Below are positions 39,999 to 48,890 of a stretch of DNA of 64,000 nt, piece by piece. The stretch comes from an uncultured Actinomycetota bacterium (GTDB lineage Bacteria > Actinomycetota > Actinomycetes > Propionibacteriales > Nocardioidaceae): NCBI GenBank assembly GCA_963721555.1, contig CAVRJU010000005.1:119222-183221 (forward strand), read 5' to 3'. The notes under the pieces are model-generated. The model saw only the letters and a program-made list of their open reading frames with translations. It searched no databases and was not told the origin of the DNA. The translations under genes and the position numbers were made by a program. Numbering within the stretch: position 1 is the first letter of the stretch; the number at the start of each line of letters is the position of its first letter.

Positions 39999-41183
39999 TC
40001 ACCGGGCCGCGAGCACGTAGCCGCGCCGGACGACCGTCCGCACCAGCCCCCCGTCGTCGTCGGCGCCGGAGGCACCCGCCGCACCGGCCGCACCCGCGGC
40101 CGTGCCCGCCGCACCGCCCTGCAGGGCACCCCGCAGCGCCTCACGCAGCCGCGCCACCGCGACCTCGGCCGCGTGAGGGTCGCGCGAGGCACCGGGCAGG
40201 ACACGCAGCAGCTCCTCGCGGCTCACGACGTGGCCCGGGGTCGAGGCGAGACGACGCAGCAGCGCCAGCCCGCCCGGGGACACCGGCACCGGACGGTGGT
40301 CCAGGGTCACGGTGCCGGCCCGCAGCCGCAACAGGCCGTGGCCGGTCAGGAGCGCGTGCCGGTCGTCCCCCAGCTCCTCGAGGACCAGGCGCACGAGGTC
40401 GGCCAGGCGCGCCGTGGCCGGGGTCCGGGCGAGCAGGCCGGCGAAGGACAGCGGCTCGGCGGTCACCGCCCCCACCGCAGCGAGCAGCAGCCGCCGCTCG
40501 TCCACCCGGGAACGGACCTGGTCGAGGCACCCCTCCCGACGTACGGCGCGCAGCCAGGCGTGCGCTCCCGGCGCACTGGTGAACAGCACGGCGTCGAAGC
40601 GACCCCCCGCGGTGGCCCGGGCCGCGGACCGCACCTGCGCGTGGTGGTCGAGCGGGACCCAGCGGTAGGGCTGCAGACCGTCGACCTCGGCCCCGCCGGC
40701 CCGCAGGGCCTGCTCGAGGTCGGCGTCGCGGCGGCCGCCGTGCAGGACGAGCACCCGGGCGGCGTCGACGCCGTCGGCCAGCAGCAGCTCGGTGATCCCG
40801 GCGGTCGTCTCGGCCTCGCCCAACCAGTCCGGACGGACCCCGAGCCGTTCCAGGGCGGCGCGCGTCTTGGGGCCTCGGGCCAGTACGCGCGCGCCCGCGA
40901 GCAGGTCGAGCACGGCGGGCTCCAGACCGGCGGGCTCGGCGACGGCCCGCCAGCGCTCGACCGCGGCGGCGGTGGTGACCACGACGACGTCCGGGGGGTG
41001 GTCGAGAGCCTCCTGGGTCCGTGCGCGCAGGCGCGGGGGGCTCTCGTCGACCGAGGCCACGGTCGGCGCGTGCACGACCGTGGCACCCCGGTCCTCCAGG
41101 GCGGCGCCCAGGTCGTCACCGCGGCGCCGGGCGGTCACCAGGATCCGGGCTCCTGCGAGCACCGGGGCGTTGCCGGTCGGCAT
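39999..41183 (-). CDS. uroporphyrinogen-III synthase (HemD) domain fused to an OmpR/PhoB-type winged-helix DNA-binding domain
   Basis: N-terminal about 250 aa is HemD-like (ARILVTARRRGDDL.., VLFTSAPGAHAW). The C-terminus is trans_reg_C-like (TLDHRPVPVSPGGLALLRRLASTPGHVVSREELL.. ..VRTVVRRGYVLA). Same architecture as I recall for M. tuberculosis Rv0260c. Confidence 0.8.
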   Translation of the reverse strand: MPTGNAPVLAGARILVTARRRGDDLGAALEDRGATVVHAPTVASVDESPPRLRARTQEALDHPPDVVVVTTAAAVERWRAVAEPAGLEPAVLDLLAGARVLARGPKTRAALERLGVRPDWLGEAETTAGITELLLADGVDAARVLVLHGGRRDADLEQALRAGGAEVDGLQPYRWVPLDHHAQVRSAARATAGGRFDAVLFTSAPGAHAWLRAVRREGCLDQVRSRVDERRLLLAAVGAVTAEPLSFAGLLARTPATARLADLVRLVLEELGDDRHALLTGHGLLRLRAGTVTLDHRPVPVSPGGLALLRRLASTPGHVVSREELLRVLPGASRDPHAAEVAVARLREALRGALQGGAAGTAAGAAGAAGASGADDDGGLVRTVVRRGYVLAAR

Positions 41184-41280
41184 GGCTCCCAGTCTCGGCG
41201 GGTCCTGTCACCGGCGTCGGTCGCGCAGGTTACGTGCGTGCTACGCCGCCGCACCGGTCCAGGCCGGGCCGGCGCCGCTC

Positions 41281-42228
41281 TCAGTCGTCGAGCAGCCGGT
41301 CCGCGGCCGCGTAGGGGTCGAGCTCGTGGGCGACGACCCGACCGGCCAGGTCCTCGAGCCGGTCACGGTCGGTGCTCCCGGCCCAGCGGCGTCGCAGCGA
41401 GGCGAGCGCGATGGCCTCCACCTCCTCGCGGGCCCGGCGACGACGACGCACCTCCAGGGCACCGCTGCGTCGCGCCCAGTCGCGGTGCCGCTCCAGGGCG
41501 TCGACGACCTCGCCCATCCCCTCCCCGCGGGTGGCGACGGTGCCGAGCACCGGCGGCCTCCAGGCGTCCGGGGGGCGCTGCGCCAGCCCGAGCATCGAGC
41601 GCACGTCGCGCCGGACCTGTGCGGCACCGTCGCGGTCGGACTTGTTGACGACGTAGACGTCGCCGACCTCGAGGATGCCTGCCTTGGCGGCCTGGATGCC
41701 GTCGCCCATGCCCGGGGCGAGCAGCACGACCGTGGTGTCGGCGGCGCCGGCGACCTCGACCTCGCTCTGCCCGACCCCGACGGTCTCGACCAGCACCACG
41801 TCGAAACCGGCGACGTCGAGCACGCGCACCGCCTGCGGGGTGGCCCCCGAGAGACCGCCGAGGTGTCCGCGCGAGGCCATCGAGCGGATGAAGACGTCCG
41901 GGTCGGTGGCGTGCTCGCCCATCCGGACCCGGTCACCGAGCAGCGCACCCCCCGAGAACGGCGAGGACGGGTCCACCGCCAGCACGGCGACGCGTCGACC
42001 CCGTCGCCGGAGCTCGCCGACGAGCGCCGAGGTGGAGGTGGACTTCCCGACACCGGGGGCGCCGGTCACGCCGACCACGTGGGCCGCTCCCGTGCGCGGC
42101 GCGATGAGCGCGATGGCACGGCGCAGGGCCGGGGAGTCCTCCTCGACGAGGCTGAGCAGGCGTCCGACCGCCCGGGCCCGGCCGGCGCGGGCGTCCTCGA
42201 CGAGGCGCTCGACGTCCGGCTCGGGCAC
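41281..42228 (-). CDS. meaB: methylmalonyl-CoA-mutase-associated G-protein chaperone (MeaB/ArgK family)
   Basis: Walker A GAPGVGKST, DPSSPFSGGALLGDR, NKSD. GTG start at VPEPDVERLV, 20 nt after the thiolase stop. Confidence 0.9.
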   Translation of the reverse strand: MPEPDVERLVEDARAGRARAVGRLLSLVEEDSPALRRAIALIAPRTGAAHVVGVTGAPGVGKSTSTSALVGELRRRGRRVAVLAVDPSSPFSGGALLGDRVRMGEHATDPDVFIRSMASRGHLGGLSGATPQAVRVLDVAGFDVVLVETVGVGQSEVEVAGAADTTVVLLAPGMGDGIQAAKAGILEVGDVYVVNKSDRDGAAQVRRDVRSMLGLAQRPPDAWRPPVLGTVATRGEGMGEVVDALERHRDWARRSGALEVRRRRRAREEVEAIALASLRRRWAGSTDRDRLEDLAGRVVAHELDPYAAADRLLDD

Positions 42229-42248
42229 GCGGGCGGTCCCGGCCCTGG

Positions 42249-43433
42249 TCAGGCGGGGACGCGGATGATGAGGGCGTCGCCCTGGCCGCCGCCGCCGCAC
42301 AGCGCAGCCGCGCCGACGCCGCCGCCGCGCCGCTTGAGCTCCAGCGCGAGGTGCAGCACGATGCGGGCACCGGACATGCCGACGGGGTGGCCCACGGCGA
42401 TGGCGCCGCCGTTGACGTTGACCTTGTCGTCGTCGATGCCGAGCTCGCGGGCCGACTCGATGCCGACGGCCGCGAAGGCCTCGTTGAGCTCGAAGAGGTC
42501 GATGTCGGACACCTCGATGCCCTCCTTCGCCGCGGCCTTCTGGATCGCGCGCGAGGGCTGCAGCTGCAGGGTGGAGTCCGGCCCGGCGACCTGGCCGGAG
42601 GCACCGATCTCGCAGAGCCACTCCAGGCCGAGCTCCTCGGCCTTGGACTTGCTCATGACCACGACGGCGCAGGCGCCGTCGGAGATCTGCGAGGCCGAGC
42701 CCGCGGTGATGGTGCCCTCCTTGGAGAAGGCCGGGCGCAGCCTTCCGAGGGACTCGGTGGTCGTGTCGCCGCGCACGCCCTCGTCGGAGGTGACCTGGGT
42801 GTCGCCACCGCGGCCCTTGATCGTGACGGGCACGACCTCGTCGTCGAAGACGCCGTTCTTCCAGGCCTCGGCCGCGCGCTGGTGGCTGCGGGCCGAGAAG
42901 GCGTCCTGCTCCTCGCGGGTCAGCTCCGCACCGGCGGCGTTGCACTGCTCGGTCAGCATGCCCATCGCCTGGGTCGTGAACTGGTCGTAGAGCGCGTCGT
43001 AGGCCATCGAGTCGACCAGCGCGGTGTCGCCGTACTTGAAGCCCTCGCGGGACTTCGGCAGCAGGTGCGGGGCGTTGGTCATCGACTCCATGCCGCCCGC
43101 CACGACGATCTCGTGCTCGCCGGCGCGGATGAGCTGGTCGGCCATCGCGATCGCGTTGATTCCCGAGAGGCACACCTTGTTGATCGTGATGGCCGGGACG
43201 TTCATGGGGATGCCGCCCTTGACCGCGGCCTGACGGGCGGTGATCTGCCCGGTGCCGGCCTGGATGACCTGGCCCATGATCACGTACTCGACGTCCTCGC
43301 CGTTGACGCCTGCCTTGCTCAGGGCAGCCTCGATGGCGACCCCGCCGAGGTCGGCGGCCGACTGGCTCTTGAGCCCGCCGAGGAGGCGCCCGATGGGGGT
43401 GCGAGCCCCTGCGACGATGACGGAACCGGACAT
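42249..43433 (-). CDS. acetyl-CoA C-acetyltransferase (thiolase II)
   Basis: Active-site Cys in [32 protein letters not shown]. 394 aa from [12 protein letters not shown]. Confidence 0.9.
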   Translation of the reverse strand: MSGSVIVAGARTPIGRLLGGLKSQSAADLGGVAIEAALSKAGVNGEDVEYVIMGQVIQAGTGQITARQAAVKGGIPMNVPAITINKVCLSGINAIAMADQLIRAGEHEIVVAGGMESMTNAPHLLPKSREGFKYGDTALVDSMAYDALYDQFTTQAMGMLTEQCNAAGAELTREEQDAFSARSHQRAAEAWKNGVFDDEVVPVTIKGRGGDTQVTSDEGVRGDTTTESLGRLRPAFSKEGTITAGSASQISDGACAVVVMSKSKAEELGLEWLCEIGASGQVAGPDSTLQLQPSRAIQKAAAKEGIEVSDIDLFELNEAFAAVGIESARELGIDDDKVNVNGGAIAVGHPVGMSGARIVLHLALELKRRGGGVGAAALCGGGGQGDALIIRVPA

Positions 43434-43601
43434 GGAGCGCCTCCTGCTGCTGCGGGTCGGGTGTGCCCACGCCGAGGGCGGGGGTCTGTCTCGGACGATA
43501 CCGAGCAGCAGGCACGAGCGGGAGGGGTCGCCTCGCGGTGGTGCTGTCGGACACGTCACAGTCGCTCGCCGCCCCGGGCACGGCGTACGACGATGTGCCG
43601 C

Positions 43602-44042
43602 ATGAGTGTGGAGATCCCCGGACACCTGTTCACCGCCATCGACCACGTCGGCATCGCCGTGCCGGACCTCGACGAGGCGATCGCTCTGTACCGCGACGTC
43701 TTCGGCATGCAGGTGCTGCACGAGGAGACCAACGAGGAGCAGGGCGTGCGCGAGGCGATGGTCGGGGTCGGCGACTCCGGCTCCTGCATCCAGCTGCTCG
43801 CGCCTCTCGACGACACCTCGACGATCGCCAGGTTCCTCGATCGCTCCGGCCCCGGGCTGCAGCAGCTGGCCTACCGGGTCACCGACGTCGAGGCGGTCTC
43901 AGCGGTCCTGCGCGAGCGCGGCGTCCGCCTGCTGTACGACGCCCCGCGACGCGGCACGTCCGAGAGCCGCATCAACTTCGTCCACCCCAAGGACGCCGGC
44001 GGGGTCCTCGTCGAGCTCGTCGAGCCCGCTGCAGGCGGCTGA
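43602..44042 (+). CDS. mce: methylmalonyl-CoA (ethylmalonyl-CoA) epimerase, VOC family
   Basis: [19 protein letters not shown].. and [16 protein letters not shown]. About 146 aa. Divergent from the thiolase, as I recall for M. tuberculosis Rv1322A/fadA4. Confidence 0.8.
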   Translation: MSVEIPGHLFTAIDHVGIAVPDLDEAIALYRDVFGMQVLHEETNEEQGVREAMVGVGDSGSCIQLLAPLDDTSTIARFLDRSGPGLQQLAYRVTDVEAVSAVLRERGVRLLYDAPRRGTSESRINFVHPKDAGGVLVELVEPAAGG

Positions 44043-44183
44043 ACCTCAGGAGCAGTCCACCGCGAGCCCCGGCGTCGGATTGGTCACACGCGGTGGTTAC
44101 CGGCGGGTAATCCTCGGTAGCGTGCGGGCACCGCCGCCCTCGGGCTCGGCGGCCTTCCTGACCTCGTGCCCCTAGGAGCCGTT

Positions 44184-45521
44184 GTGAAGCACATCCTCGA
44201 CGCCATCCAGTCCGGTGAGACCAGCCCCGACGCCTTCGCGGCGCTCGAGGTGCCCGAGTCCTACCGCGCGGCCACGGTCCGCAAGGACGAGGTGGACATG
44301 TTCGAGGGGCTCGCCAGCAAGGAGAAGGACCCCCGCACGTCCCTCCACGTCGAGGACGTGGCACTGCCCGAGCTCGGTCCGGGCGAGGCGCTGGTCGCCG
44401 TCATGGCGAGCGCGATCAACTACAACACCGTGTGGACCTCGATCTTCGAGCCGGTCTCCACCTTCGGCTTCCTCGAGCGCTACGGCCGGCTCTCCGAGCT
44501 CACCAAGCGCCACGACCTGCCCTACCACGTGGTGGGCTCCGACCTCTCCGGCGTCGTGCTCAAGACCGGCCCCGGTGTCACCCGGTGGAAGCCCGGCGCC
44601 CGCGTCGTGGCGCACTGCCTCTCGGTCGAGCTGGAGGACCCCGACGGCCACAACGACACGATGCTCGACCCGCAGCAGCGGATCTGGGGCTTCGAGACGA
44701 ACTTCGGCGGCCTGGCCGACGTCGCCCTGGTCAAGGCCAACCAGCTCATGCCCAAGCCGGAGCACCTCACCTGGGAGGAGGCGGCCTCGCCCGGGCTGGT
44801 GAACTGCACGGCGTACCGCCAGCTGGTCTCCAAGAACGGCGGCGACATGAAGCAGGGCGACAACGTCCTCATCTGGGGGGCCTCGGGCGGCCTCGGCGGC
44901 TTCGCGACGCAGTACGCCCTCAACGGCGGCGCCACCCCCGTCTGTGTCGTCTCCAACGAGGAGAAGGCCGCCATCGCACGTCGAATGGGTGCCGAGCTGG
45001 TCATCAACCGCTCCGAGGAGGGCTACCGCTTCTGGAAGGACGAGCGCACCCAGGACCCGAAGGAGTGGAAGCGCTTCGGCGCCAAGATCCGCGAGCTCAC
45101 CGGCGGCGAGGACATCGACATCGTCTTCGAGCACCCGGGTCGCGACACCTTCGGCGCCAGCGTCTACGTCACCCGCAAGGGCGGCACCATCACCACCTGC
45201 GCCTCCACCACCGGCTACATGCACGAGTACGACAACCGCTACCTGTGGATGAACCTCAAGCGGATCATCTCCTCGCACTTCGCCAACTACCGCGAGTCGT
45301 GGGAGGCCAACCGCCTCGTCGCCAAGGGCAAGATCCACCCGACCCTGTCGCGCACCTACCGCCTCGAGGACGTCGGCCAGGCCGCGCTCGACGTCCACCA
45401 CAACCTCCACCAGGGCAAGGTCGGCGTGCTGTGCCTGGCGCCCGAGGAGGGCCTCGGCGTGCTGGACGAGGAGCTGCGTGCCACCCACCTCACGCAGATC
45501 AACGCCTTCCGCGGCCAGTAG
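44184..45521 (+). CDS. ccr: crotonyl-CoA carboxylase/reductase
   Basis: Characteristic Ccr sequence (KHILDAIQSGE.., INYNTVWTSIFEPVSTFGFLER, IWGFETNFGGLA, LIWGASGGLGG). GTG start preceded by AGGAG 6 nt upstream. Confidence 0.9.
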   Translation: MKHILDAIQSGETSPDAFAALEVPESYRAATVRKDEVDMFEGLASKEKDPRTSLHVEDVALPELGPGEALVAVMASAINYNTVWTSIFEPVSTFGFLERYGRLSELTKRHDLPYHVVGSDLSGVVLKTGPGVTRWKPGARVVAHCLSVELEDPDGHNDTMLDPQQRIWGFETNFGGLADVALVKANQLMPKPEHLTWEEAASPGLVNCTAYRQLVSKNGGDMKQGDNVLIWGASGGLGGFATQYALNGGATPVCVVSNEEKAAIARRMGAELVINRSEEGYRFWKDERTQDPKEWKRFGAKIRELTGGEDIDIVFEHPGRDTFGASVYVTRKGGTITTCASTTGYMHEYDNRYLWMNLKRIISSHFANYRESWEANRLVAKGKIHPTLSRTYRLEDVGQAALDVHHNLHQGKVGVLCLAPEEGLGVLDEELRATHLTQINAFRGQ

Positions 45522-45665
45522 GCAGCCGGACGTTCCTCGTTTTCCTCGGACACGCCGACGAGACACGCAACGGCGGACGGGCTTTTGGCGCCGCATCGGT
45601 GACACTAGGGAATGGCTCCCGCCCGCCCGCCCAGGAAACGCAAGCACGAATCGAGGGACACTCCC

Positions 45666-46904
45666 ATGACCGAGCGCTCCGGACTCTCCATCTTCGACGA
45701 GACCGACGACAGCACCGAGACCTCCACCCTTCCCGCCGTCGCGCCGGCCAAGCCCTCCGCCGCGGTGCCCGGGCAGGCGCCGACCGCGAAGGCAGCGCCG
45801 ACCCCTGCGCCGACTCCGACCTCCGCCCGCCCGGCGGCCGCCGCCCCTGCCCCGGGCCCCGAGCCCCGCGCCGCCACGCCCCGCACGTCGAGCGGCTTCC
45901 CCATCGGTCGGCGCGGCTACGACACCGCCGCGGTGGACCGCAAGGTCGGCCAGCTGAGCAGCGAGAACGCCGCCCTGGCCCGCGACCTGGACGGGACCCG
46001 CCGCCGCCTGAGCGAGGTGGAGCAGCAGCTCGCCTCCCTCCGGGAGCAGGCCAGCGAGAACGAGAACCCCACCTACGCCGGGCTGGGCGGTCGGGCCAGC
46101 GAGCTGCTGCGTCTGGCCGAGGAGCAGGCTGACGAGGTCATCGCGGCAGCCAAGCACCGCGCCGACGAGCTGCTGCGCACCGCCAGCGCCGACGCGGCGT
46201 CGCTGAAGTCCCACGCCTCGCGCGACGCCGAGGACATGCGGATGGTCCAGCTCAAGGAGCTCGACGAGGCCCGCACCTCCGCCATGAGCGAGGTCGAGCA
46301 CCTGCGCTCGTCGGCCCAGGCCGACGCCGCCGACCTGGTGGCCTCCGCCGAGCGTGACGCCTCGCAGCGTCGCCTGGCCGCCGAGCAGGAGGTCAACGCG
46401 CTGCGCACGGGCGCCCGCCGCGAGGCGGAGCAGGCCCTGGCCACCGCCCACCGCGAGGTGCAGGAGATGCAGCGCGGCCTGGCGGTCGAGAAGGAGCGCC
46501 TGACCCGCGAGGCCGCCGAGCACCACAGCAACGCCGTGGCCGAGACCACCGCGCTGGTCAACGAGGCGGAGGCCCGGGCCGACGCCGCCGAGCAGCGCGC
46601 CCGGGAGGCCATCGCGCAGGCCACCAACCAGCGTCAGGCCGCCGCCGACGAGGCCGAGCGCCTCCTCACCCGCGCCCGCCGCGAGGCTCAGCAGGTCGTG
46701 TCCTCGGCCCAGACCCAGGCCGCGACCTTCGTCGCCACCGGCCAGGCGGAGGCCGAGCGCGAGCTGGAGAGCCTGCGCTCCGAGGTCGACCGCTACACCA
46801 AGCGCCGCGACGCGATCGTGGCCCAGCTCGGCGCTCTGCGCGACGTCGTGGCCGGCTTCGCCGACGGCCCCGAGCCGCGCGGCAAGGACGCCGGCACGGA
46901 GTGA
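45666..46904 (+). CDS. DivIVA-domain coiled-coil protein with Pro/Ala-rich N-terminal linker
   Basis: FPIGRRGYDTAAVDRKVGQL (DivIVA N-domain), then about 300 aa of Ala/Glu/Arg-rich heptad-like repeats. Confidence 0.7.
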   Translation: MTERSGLSIFDETDDSTETSTLPAVAPAKPSAAVPGQAPTAKAAPTPAPTPTSARPAAAAPAPGPEPRAATPRTSSGFPIGRRGYDTAAVDRKVGQLSSENAALARDLDGTRRRLSEVEQQLASLREQASENENPTYAGLGGRASELLRLAEEQADEVIAAAKHRADELLRTASADAASLKSHASRDAEDMRMVQLKELDEARTSAMSEVEHLRSSAQADAADLVASAERDASQRRLAAEQEVNALRTGARREAEQALATAHREVQEMQRGLAVEKERLTREAAEHHSNAVAETTALVNEAEARADAAEQRAREAIAQATNQRQAAADEAERLLTRARREAQQVVSSAQTQAATFVATGQAEAERELESLRSEVDRYTKRRDAIVAQLGALRDVVAGFADGPEPRGKDAGTE

Positions 46905-47983
46905 CCAGCAAGGTCCGCCCTCCGGCGGAGACGTCCGACGCGCCATCGCACCTGTGGCACCACCACGGTCCGGTGGCGCTCGGCTTTCTCTTCGGGGTCG
47001 GGGCGCTGACGGCGTACTGGCTGGGCACCCTGCTGCTCTCGGTCAGCGGCGTCCTCCTCCTCGTGGTCGTGGCGATGTTCCTCGCCGTCGGCCTCGACCC
47101 CGTCGTGAACTGGCTGGTCGGCCACCGCGTCAAGCGGCCCTGGGCGGTCGTCATCGTGATCTCCGGGGTGCTGCTCGCCCTGGTGATGTTCTTCGTCGCT
47201 CTCGTGCCGGTGATCTCCGAGCAGGTGGGCCGGATCGTCGACCAGGCGCCGGGCTGGTTCGCGCAGCTGCAACGCAGCGAGCGCGTCCAGGACCTCGACG
47301 AGCGCTTCGGCGTGGTGCAGAAGGTCGAGGACTTCGTCACCAGCGGCGACTGGGCCTCCGGCCTCTTCGGAGGTGTGGTCGGGCTGAGCCTGGCGTTCTT
47401 CGGGTTCCTGGCCAACACCTTCTTCGTGACCGTGCTCATGCTCTACTTCCTGGCCTCCCTGCACACGACCAAGCAGGCGCTCTACGACCTCGCGCCCCGC
47501 AGCCGCCGGGCGCGGGTCTCCGACCTGGGGGAGCAGATCTTCACCAGCGTCGGCGGCTACGTCGCCGGCGCCTTCGTGGTCGCGGTGAGCGCCGGAACCG
47601 TCTCGCTGGTCTTCCTGATGGTCGTCGGGCTCGCCGAGTACGCCGTCGCGCTGGCTGCCGTGGTGGCGCTGCTGGACTTCATCCCGATGATCGGGGCGAC
47701 CCTGGGCGCGGTGGTGGTCTCGTCGATCGGGTTCGCCACCGACCTCAAGATCGGCATCGCCTGCGTCATCTTCTTCCTCATCTACCAGCAGGTGGAGAAC
47801 TACGTGCTCTACCCCCGCGTCATGCAGCGCTCGGTCAACGTCCCCGGGTCGGTGACGGTGATCGCCGCCCTCGTGGGCGCCGGCCTGCTCGGCGTGGTCG
47901 GCGCGTTGCTGGCCATCCCCACGGCAGCCGCGGTGCTGCTGCTGGTGCGCGAGGTCTGGATGCCTCGCCAGCGATCCCGCTGA
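46901..47983 (+). CDS. AI-2E family (PerM/UPF0118) transporter
   Basis: Eight predicted TM helices with typical AI-2E layout (..FLAVGLDPVVNWL.., ..LDFIPMIGATLGAV..). GTG start overlaps the upstream stop (GTGA). Confidence 0.85.
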   Translation: MTSKVRPPAETSDAPSHLWHHHGPVALGFLFGVGALTAYWLGTLLLSVSGVLLLVVVAMFLAVGLDPVVNWLVGHRVKRPWAVVIVISGVLLALVMFFVALVPVISEQVGRIVDQAPGWFAQLQRSERVQDLDERFGVVQKVEDFVTSGDWASGLFGGVVGLSLAFFGFLANTFFVTVLMLYFLASLHTTKQALYDLAPRSRRARVSDLGEQIFTSVGGYVAGAFVVAVSAGTVSLVFLMVVGLAEYAVALAAVVALLDFIPMIGATLGAVVVSSIGFATDLKIGIACVIFFLIYQQVENYVLYPRVMQRSVNVPGSVTVIAALVGAGLLGVVGALLAIPTAAAVLLLVREVWMPRQRSR

Positions 47984-48001
47984 CGTGGACCACCGCCCGG
48001 G

Positions 48002-48838
48002 TCAGCACCAGGCCCGTACCCCGTCGGCGGTGAGCGCCTGGTCGCGGCGTACGACGGAGTGGTCGCCGAAGCGCCGGCAGGTCCAGGCGAAGTCGCCGTC
48101 GCGGTACTCCACCATGAGCACCCGAGCCCCGTAGGTGTCGACGTACCCCTGGCACTCGCGCCAGCGGCCGCACTCCTCCGCGATGGCGAAGTCGAAGCCG
48201 ATCTGCGGCCCGCGGGCGCCCAGCTCGACCCAGTTCTTCTGCGCCACCGCCAGTCCGGCGGCGTGGGCGTCGGCCACCAGCAGGCGCGCGAACGCGCGGG
48301 CGTCCGCAGCGCTCAGGAGCCCGCGGCTGCGCGTGAACGAGTCGAGGTTGTCGAGCTCGACCGCGTCGTGACCGTCGGCGGCGCATCCCGTGGTCCACCC
48401 GGCCACGATGCGCGCCAGCCGCGCCCGTTTCGCCGCGGTCCGGATGTCGAGCAGCCACTCGCCCCAGGCGCTGTCGACGACTGGCTCGCCGCCCTTCTTC
48501 AGCACGAGGTCCCACCGGGCGCGCCAGAACCGCTTCTCGTCCGGCTGGGTCTGGAAGCCGTTGACGTAGCAGATGGAGTAGCGACCGGCGACCGGTGGCG
48601 CGCTGCGGTCGCGGACCACCGTCCCCACCCGCGCGGGCACCGCGGCCGGGCCCCCGAGCTGGTAGTCCCAGTCGGCGTTCACCGGCGGCAGGGTGCGCGC
48701 CTCGACGCCGCGCGCCGCGCCCCCGTCCGACCGGTCCGCGCCCGCTGCACCCACCGGGACGGCCGCCACCGGCAGCGCGACGCAGAGCGCGACGACCACG
48801 CGGGCCAGGGGAGGCAGGACGGCGCGGCGGGTTCTCAC
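48002..48838 (-). CDS. secreted endo-alpha-1,4-polygalactosaminidase-like glycoside hydrolase (GH114)
   Basis: Signal peptide. DWDYQLGG, ICYVNGFQTQPDE, GEWLLDI, DAVELDNLDSF and FAIAEEC are typical of GH114 TIM-barrel proteins. Confidence 0.7.
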   Translation of the reverse strand: MRTRRAVLPPLARVVVALCVALPVAAVPVGAAGADRSDGGAARGVEARTLPPVNADWDYQLGGPAAVPARVGTVVRDRSAPPVAGRYSICYVNGFQTQPDEKRFWRARWDLVLKKGGEPVVDSAWGEWLLDIRTAAKRARLARIVAGWTTGCAADGHDAVELDNLDSFTRSRGLLSAADARAFARLLVADAHAAGLAVAQKNWVELGARGPQIGFDFAIAEECGRWRECQGYVDTYGARVLMVEYRDGDFAWTCRRFGDHSVVRRDQALTADGVRAWC

Positions 48839-48890
48839 CCACCCATCGTCCCCCTCCCCCCGCTCCGTGGGGTCGGTTCCGCTCGACGCG

